Positions 57,155 through 64,000 of a DNA stretch of 64,000 nt are shown in pieces; positions within the stretch are counted from its first letter, which is position 1; each line of letters opens with the position of its first letter. The DNA is from Eledone cirrhosa (lineage: Eukaryota). Made by a program: the position numbers and the translations under genes. The DNA lies in assembly GCA_964016885.1 (NCBI GenBank), contig OZ024756.1:18290001-18354000 (forward strand), given 5' to 3'. Under the pieces are notes generated by a model that worked only from the letters and a program-made list of their open reading frames with translations, did not search any database and had not been told where the DNA came from.

Positions 57155-57534
57155 GACATTTCGGGTTTGACGGAAACCAACACATACATATACACAAACA
57201 CTCACGCAGACAAACACACACATACAGATGGATAAAACATAGTTGAAGTGTTTTTCCATTTTAAGAAGGCCAAATGAATAGTGTCATTGTTATTGAACCC
57301 TACCCCCCAGGGGTCAGCTCTGATGGGGTAGAGGCAGACCTAAGTTGTTTCAGCTGTGACCATCCTATCTTTCTTTTATATTGTAGTACTACATTAATCA
57401 ATGATAAAGTTCTATCTATTCACTCATTCAAGATTTAAAGGAGGTTTTGGTTGTTATTTTTAATAGGGCGAATGACCACGTAGAGGAACCCCCTCTCCTT
57501 TCCGTTGGCTCGTTAATGGAAGGTAGAGAAAATT

Positions 57535-58125
57535 AAGGGAGAGAGGGAGAGGCGGTATGGAGAAGGAGGGGGGGATAAAGAGGGTGGTGGAAAGAGAGGA
57601 GGATGGTGAACAGAGAGAGAGGGAGGGAGTGAGGAAGAGAGAAAGGGTGGTGGAAAGAGAGAGAGGGATGAGGAAGAGAAAAAGGATGGTGGAGAGGGGG
57701 ATCAGAAAGAGGATGGTGAACAGAGAGAGAGGGGGATGAAGAAGAGAGAAAGGATGATGGAGAGGGGGCTAGAAAGTGGATGGTGAACAGAGAGGGGGGA
57801 TGAAGAAGAGAGAAAGGATGGTGGAAAGAGAGAGAGGGGAAGAGAGAAAGAGGATGATAAACAGAGAGAGAAGGGGAATGGGGAAGAGAGAAAGGATGGT
57901 AAAGAGGGGGATGAGAAAGAGGATGGTAAAGAGGGGGATGAGAAAGAGGATGGTGAACAGAGAGAGAAGGGGGATGAAGAAGAGAGAAAGGATGGTGGAA
58001 AGAGAGAGGGGGCAGAGAGAAAGAGGATGGTGAACAGAGAGAGAGAAGGGGATGGGGAAGAAAGGATGGTGGAAAGAGAGAGGGGTTGGGATGAGGAAGA
58101 GAAAGGGGATGGTGAACAGAGAGGG
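57535..58125. repeat. Purine-rich degenerate minisatellite
   Basis: gaggaagagagaaaggatggtggaaagagag / ggatggtgaacagagag units. Confidence 0.9.
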
Positions 58126-58359
58126 TGCGGTGTGGGGCTATCATTGTGTTGTGCTGGTAAGGAACAAACAATAAACAATTTCAGCCTTCTTTTGACCTTA
58201 AACTCCTATCCTAACTTTATTGCCACCACCCGCCCCGCTTCCCCCCATACTTGCTCCCGCCCCGCCCCGCCTCCACCCCTATATTACCACAAACCGTTTC
58301 TCTATTATCCACACTCCACCTGCCTGCAGGCTAGAAATAGTAACTGGATCTCACTCATC

Positions 58360-58960
58360 CTAACACCACCAACAGCACCAACAAGAATACCAACTCCAAC
58401 ACCACCAACAACATCCCCCAACAACACCTCCACCTCCAACCAACGCCACCAACAACATCCCCAACTCCACCACCACCAACACCTCCACCAAGATCTCCAA
58501 CCAACACCACCACTACCACCACCACTACTACTACCGGCATCACCAATACCACCACCACCACCACAACCACCATTACCATTACCAACACCAACACCACCAC
58601 TACCACCACCGGCACCACCACCACAACCATTACCAACACCAACACCATCACCAATACCTACACCAACATCCCCACCACCATTACCAACAACACCATTACC
58701 AACAACACCATCACCAACAACACCATCACCAACAACACCATCACCATCACCAACAACACCATCACCAACAACACCATCACCAACAACACCATCACCAACA
58801 ACACCATCACCAACAACACCATCACCAACAACACCACCACCATCATCAACACCTACACCCCCACCACTACCATCAACACCACCACCACCACCAACAACAA
58901 CACCACCACCACCACCACCACCACCACCACCACCACCATCATCAACAACACCAACAACTA
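58360..58960. repeat. (CCA/ACA) low-complexity repeat with 15-bp units
   Basis: caccaacaacaccat repeats. Confidence 0.9.
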
Positions 58961-58967
58961 TAAGTTC

Positions 58968-60108
58968 AAGGACCCAGAACACTGGAAATCTCCACCATTA
59001 TAGGTTCAGGAACGCAGAAAACCAGCCATCTCCACCACTAGAGGGTCAGGGACCAAGACACCAGAAGTCTCCATCGCTGTAGGTTTGGGGATCCAGAACA
59101 CCAGAGGTCTCCATCTTTATATGTCATCATCATCATTCGTCGACTACTGTCGAGATGATGGATCTCACTCTCATGCCCCAGAATTCCATGTCCCCCATCG
59201 CTGCCCCCAGGTCTCGTCTACTGATTCCCGTACCCCTAGAGATAACGTCAGAGAATGACAGCTTCCTACTCCTAGTCAGGGTTCCAGAGTAAGAGAGCGG
59301 ATATGATTTCATTGCTGGCACGGTGACAGTGGCCAGCAAATTGAGCTCTCCGGGATTTTAGAAGGGCAGAGGCTCGAGGGAGTTTGCCATAGATTTTAGA
59401 CAAGGTGGGATGTCGTTTCCAGGATAGGTTTTGCACTCTCATTAAGAGGCGGGTATATGTGCCATCCAATTTCCTCTCAAGTTGTGATGTTAGTGTCCAA
59501 GTTTCGGATCCATAAAGTAATATGGGCTTAATGGTTGCTTGGAATATTTCCAGTTTTAGCTTGTTGGTAAGTTGAGATGTCCATATGGCGTGCATGTCAT
59601 TGCACGCTGACCATGCCATATCCTTTCTGGTTAGAAAATCTTTTTTGGAGGAGGAGATATATGAGCCAAGATACTTGTAATCTTCCACCTGCTTAAGGGT
59701 GTTACCATTAAGGGTTCTGATGGGGTAGTTTGGGCTGTTTGCGCATCTGTTCACATACTCAGTCTTGGATTCGTTGAGGTACAGTCCAACACAGTTGGAC
59801 GCTTGCTCTAATGACTTCAAAAGACTCTCAGCATTTTCCAGTGACTGACTGATCAATGCGATGTCGTCAGCAAAGTCGGTGTCGGTCAAGTATTTTGCTG
59901 GGTCGCGTGAGCTTCTCCTAGGCTGTAGTTGGTATCCCCTATCCTGAATCCTATCCACAGACATGCGCAAAACATAATCCACAACTATGTACAAGGACCC
60001 AGAATACCATAAGTCTCCACCACTAGGGGTTCAGAAACCCAGAAAACCAGAAGTCTCCACCACTATAGGTTTGGGGACCCAGAACACCAGGAGTTTTCAC
60101 TACTACAG
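58968..60108. repeat. 40-bp minisatellite (about 7 units) split by an RTE insertion
   Basis: Unit roughly gggacccagaacaccagaagtctccaccactataggttc; four units before 59120 and three after 59992. Confidence 0.75.
59125..59987 (-). mobile_element. 5'-truncated RTE-type LINE fragment with (TGA)n tail
   Basis: IVVDYVLR, DTDFADDIAL, VGLYLNESKTE, YKYLGS, ILLYGSETW, FAGHCHR; internal deletion near the 3' end. Confidence 0.9.
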
Positions 60109-60111
60109 GTA

Positions 60112-60160
<49 letters not shown>

Positions 60161-60401
60161 ATATGTGCATGTATATATACATACTACTGTACGTCTGTAT
60201 ACATATATGTATGTACGTGTACATACTTATATTTAAGTAACAGCCGTACTAAGAGTGGGAAATGAAATTTTGTTTCATTTTTTTCGTTTATCGTTTACGG
60301 TGCACCCGGCCGATTAACCCACTCGATATGCAAATTGGGCTACTCAGCCGTTAATATGCATAAGGTAAGTATATACGTTCAACAATCTGGCAGGAAGGTA
60401 T

Positions 60402-60444
60402 ACGTTGCTGACGATAGCTAATAAGCTTGAAACTAGTACAGCGT
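60402..60444 (+). ncRNA. Minimal type I hammerhead ribozyme motif
   Basis: acgttg-CTGACGA-tagct aata agctt-GAAA-ctag-TA-cagcgt; stem I acgttg/cagcgt (extendable aagg/cctt), stem II agct/agct with a U-U first pair, palindromic ACTAGT stem III. Confidence 0.65.
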
Positions 60445-60655
60445 TCCTTTGTCAGTGTTGAACAAACGAGCAACGATGGTTGCTGGACACTACGGCTTAA
60501 TACGGGATGTTTGTTTACAAACACACCGAGCATTGTAATAAATGTTCGGTGAATCCATACGTACATATATATATGTATGCATGTATGTATATATATATAC
60601 ATACTACTGTACGTCTGTATACATATATGTATGTACGTCTACATACTTATATTTA

Positions 60656-60721
60656 TATATATATATTTATATATATTTATATATATTTAAATATATATTT
60701 ATATTTATATATATATATTTA

Positions 60722-60754
<33 letters not shown>

Positions 60755-60911
60755 ATATTTATATATATATATATTTATATATTTATTTATATATTTATAT
60801 ATATATTTATATATATATATATTTATATATTTATATATATATTTATATATTTATATATATATATATTTATATTTATATATATATATTTATATATATTTAT
60901 ATTAATATATT

Positions 60912-60944
<33 letters not shown>

Positions 60945-61047
60945 ATTTATATATTTATATATATTTATATATTTATATATATTTATATATTTATATATTT
61001 ATATATTTATATATATATATATTTATATTTATATATATATTTATATT

Positions 61048-61078
<31 letters not shown>

Positions 61079-61225
61079 ATATTTATGTATATATATATAT
61101 TTATATATATTTATATATTTATATTTTAATATTTATATATATTTATATTTATATATTTATATATATATTTTTATATTTATATATATATTTTTATATTTAT
61201 ATATATATATATATTTATATATATT

Positions 61226-61256
<31 letters not shown>

Positions 61257-61257
61257 T

Positions 61258-61288
<31 letters not shown>

Positions 61289-61571
61289 ATTTATATATAT
61301 ATATATATTTATATATATTTATATTTATATATATTTATATATTTATATTTATATATATTTATATATTTATATATATTTATATATTTATATATATTTATAT
61401 TTATATATATATTTATATTTATATATTTATATATATATATATATTGATATATATATATTTATATAGATATATATATTTATATTTATATATATATTTATAT
61501 TTATATATTTATATATATATATATATTGATATATATATATTTATATAGATATATATATTTATATATATATT

Positions 61572-61602
<31 letters not shown>

Positions 61603-61619
61603 TTATATATATATATATT

Positions 61620-61681
<62 letters not shown>

Positions 61682-61682
61682 T
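60656..61682. repeat. Interrupted (TA)n array
   Basis: Directly visible. Confidence 0.96.
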
Positions 61683-62231
61683 ATCATCATCATCATCATC
61701 ATCATCATCAACGTTTAACGTCCGTGTTCCACGCTTGCATGGGTTTGGACGGGGGTAGTCCCACTTGAGGCAAGAGTGATTGTCTTGCTCGCATAGGACT
61801 GTCTGGCAGGTTTTCTACAGTTGGATGCCCTTCCTAACACCAACCACATTTACAGTGTGGGTCTGGGAGGTTTTTACCGTGTTGCCTACACGGCCACATT
61901 ACAGCGTGGACTGTGTGTTTTTTTGTCGTGACACCTACACGATCTCATTTGTTTCGGCCTCGATGGCGCGGCACCAACATAACTTTACATAGAACGGGGT
62001 GGTGTGGATGGGGTGGGGGCGGGGGTGGTGGGACGGGGTGTATTTTGTTAGAGGTGCCTACTGGCTGGAGTAGGTTTTACTATATATTTAGGTAAGGCGG
62101 GTCTTCTCTGTTACTGAGTACCGCCAAAGGTCTCGGTCCAGTGACATTGTTTATATATATATATATTTATATATATATATTTATATATATATATATTTAT
62201 ATTTATATATATTTATATATATATATATTTA

Positions 62232-62270
<39 letters not shown>

Positions 62271-62272
<2 letters not shown>

Positions 62273-62730
62273 AAAGTTATATTTAAATTGTTGGGTTACA
62301 ACTAGTAAATATTTATAACTGATATAAAAGCACTCGACAAATATTTGGAGTATATTTACAATATTAAAGAAATGGAAACTATATTTATAAAACCATATCT
62401 ATTTCATTATATATATTTCAGGGATATCATATTAACAATATGCTATGCCTTCCTCAGACAAAATACAATATAAACAGTTTTATAGATAAATAGATTCGAC
62501 ATACCGTAACAACATCGACTTGTATTTGAAAAGGTTGATTTGGTACCAAATCAACCTTTTCAAATACAAGTCGATGTTGTTACGGTATGTCGAATCTATT
62601 TATCTATAAAACTGTTTATATTGTATTTTGTCTGAGGAAGGCATAGCATATTGTTAATATGATATCCCTGAAATATATATAATGAAATAGATATGGTTTT
62701 ATAAATATAGTTTCCATTTATTTAATATTG

Positions 62731-62732
<2 letters not shown>
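62271..62732 (-). mobile_element. Fold-back hammerhead element (family D), tail on the left
   Basis: Palindrome 62357-62732 (188-bp arms, centre ggt|acc at 62544/62545, one mismatch seen); motif tattttgt-CTGAGGA-stem II-GAAA-tatata-TA-atgaaata (62624-62689 and its mirror); tail reads ACTCC...GTCGAGTGCT on the minus strand. Confidence 0.72.
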
Positions 62733-62768
<36 letters not shown>

Positions 62769-62855
62769 AATATGTGACGAGTGGAGAGATGCTGTGCTGA
62801 ATAAGACCCGTCCCACCCTTGCAAGCAGGGAAAAGCGGACGTAAAATGATGATGA

Positions 62856-64000
<1,145 letters not shown>

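Noticed and set aside
58027-59082. 351-aa Pro/Thr-rich mucin/extensin-like ORF and its Gly/Val-rich antisense ORF
   Set aside because: Explained by (CCA/ACA) low-complexity repeats; no signal peptide, splice or codon evidence.

Overview
Very AT-rich animal genomic DNA. The SINE/LINE families and microsatellite load suggest an octopus/coleoid cephalopod (inference, not verified). About 40% of the window is interrupted (TA)n/(TATG)n satellite, so nearly all long 'YIYIYI' ORFs are artefacts. The only host gene is an hnRNP A1/A2-B1-like protein (16103-17155, minus strand, uninterrupted CDS, two RRMs plus a Gly-rich tail) with a tandem-CCAAT promoter. About 6.5 kb downstream of its stop carries strong minus-strand splice signals that suggest a spliced, possibly NMD-linked 3' end, including a ratchet-like AG|GTAAGT site. 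The rest is mobile DNA: a frame-intact 5'-truncated RTE-type LINE with three C2H2 fingers, a decayed CR1/L2-type LINE, RTE and CRE fragments, tRNA-derived SINEs, and hAT, Tc1-mariner and piggyBac-like MITEs. The most striking hidden signal is a set of short non-coding fold-back elements, mostly embedded in (TA)n. They carry minimal type I hammerhead-ribozyme motifs (CTGANGA...GAAA, palindromic stem III) and share one architecture: inverted arm, sense arm, ACTCC box, [G/T][C/T]GAGTGCT box, tail. They look like non-autonomous Penelope-like/retrozyme-type retroelements.
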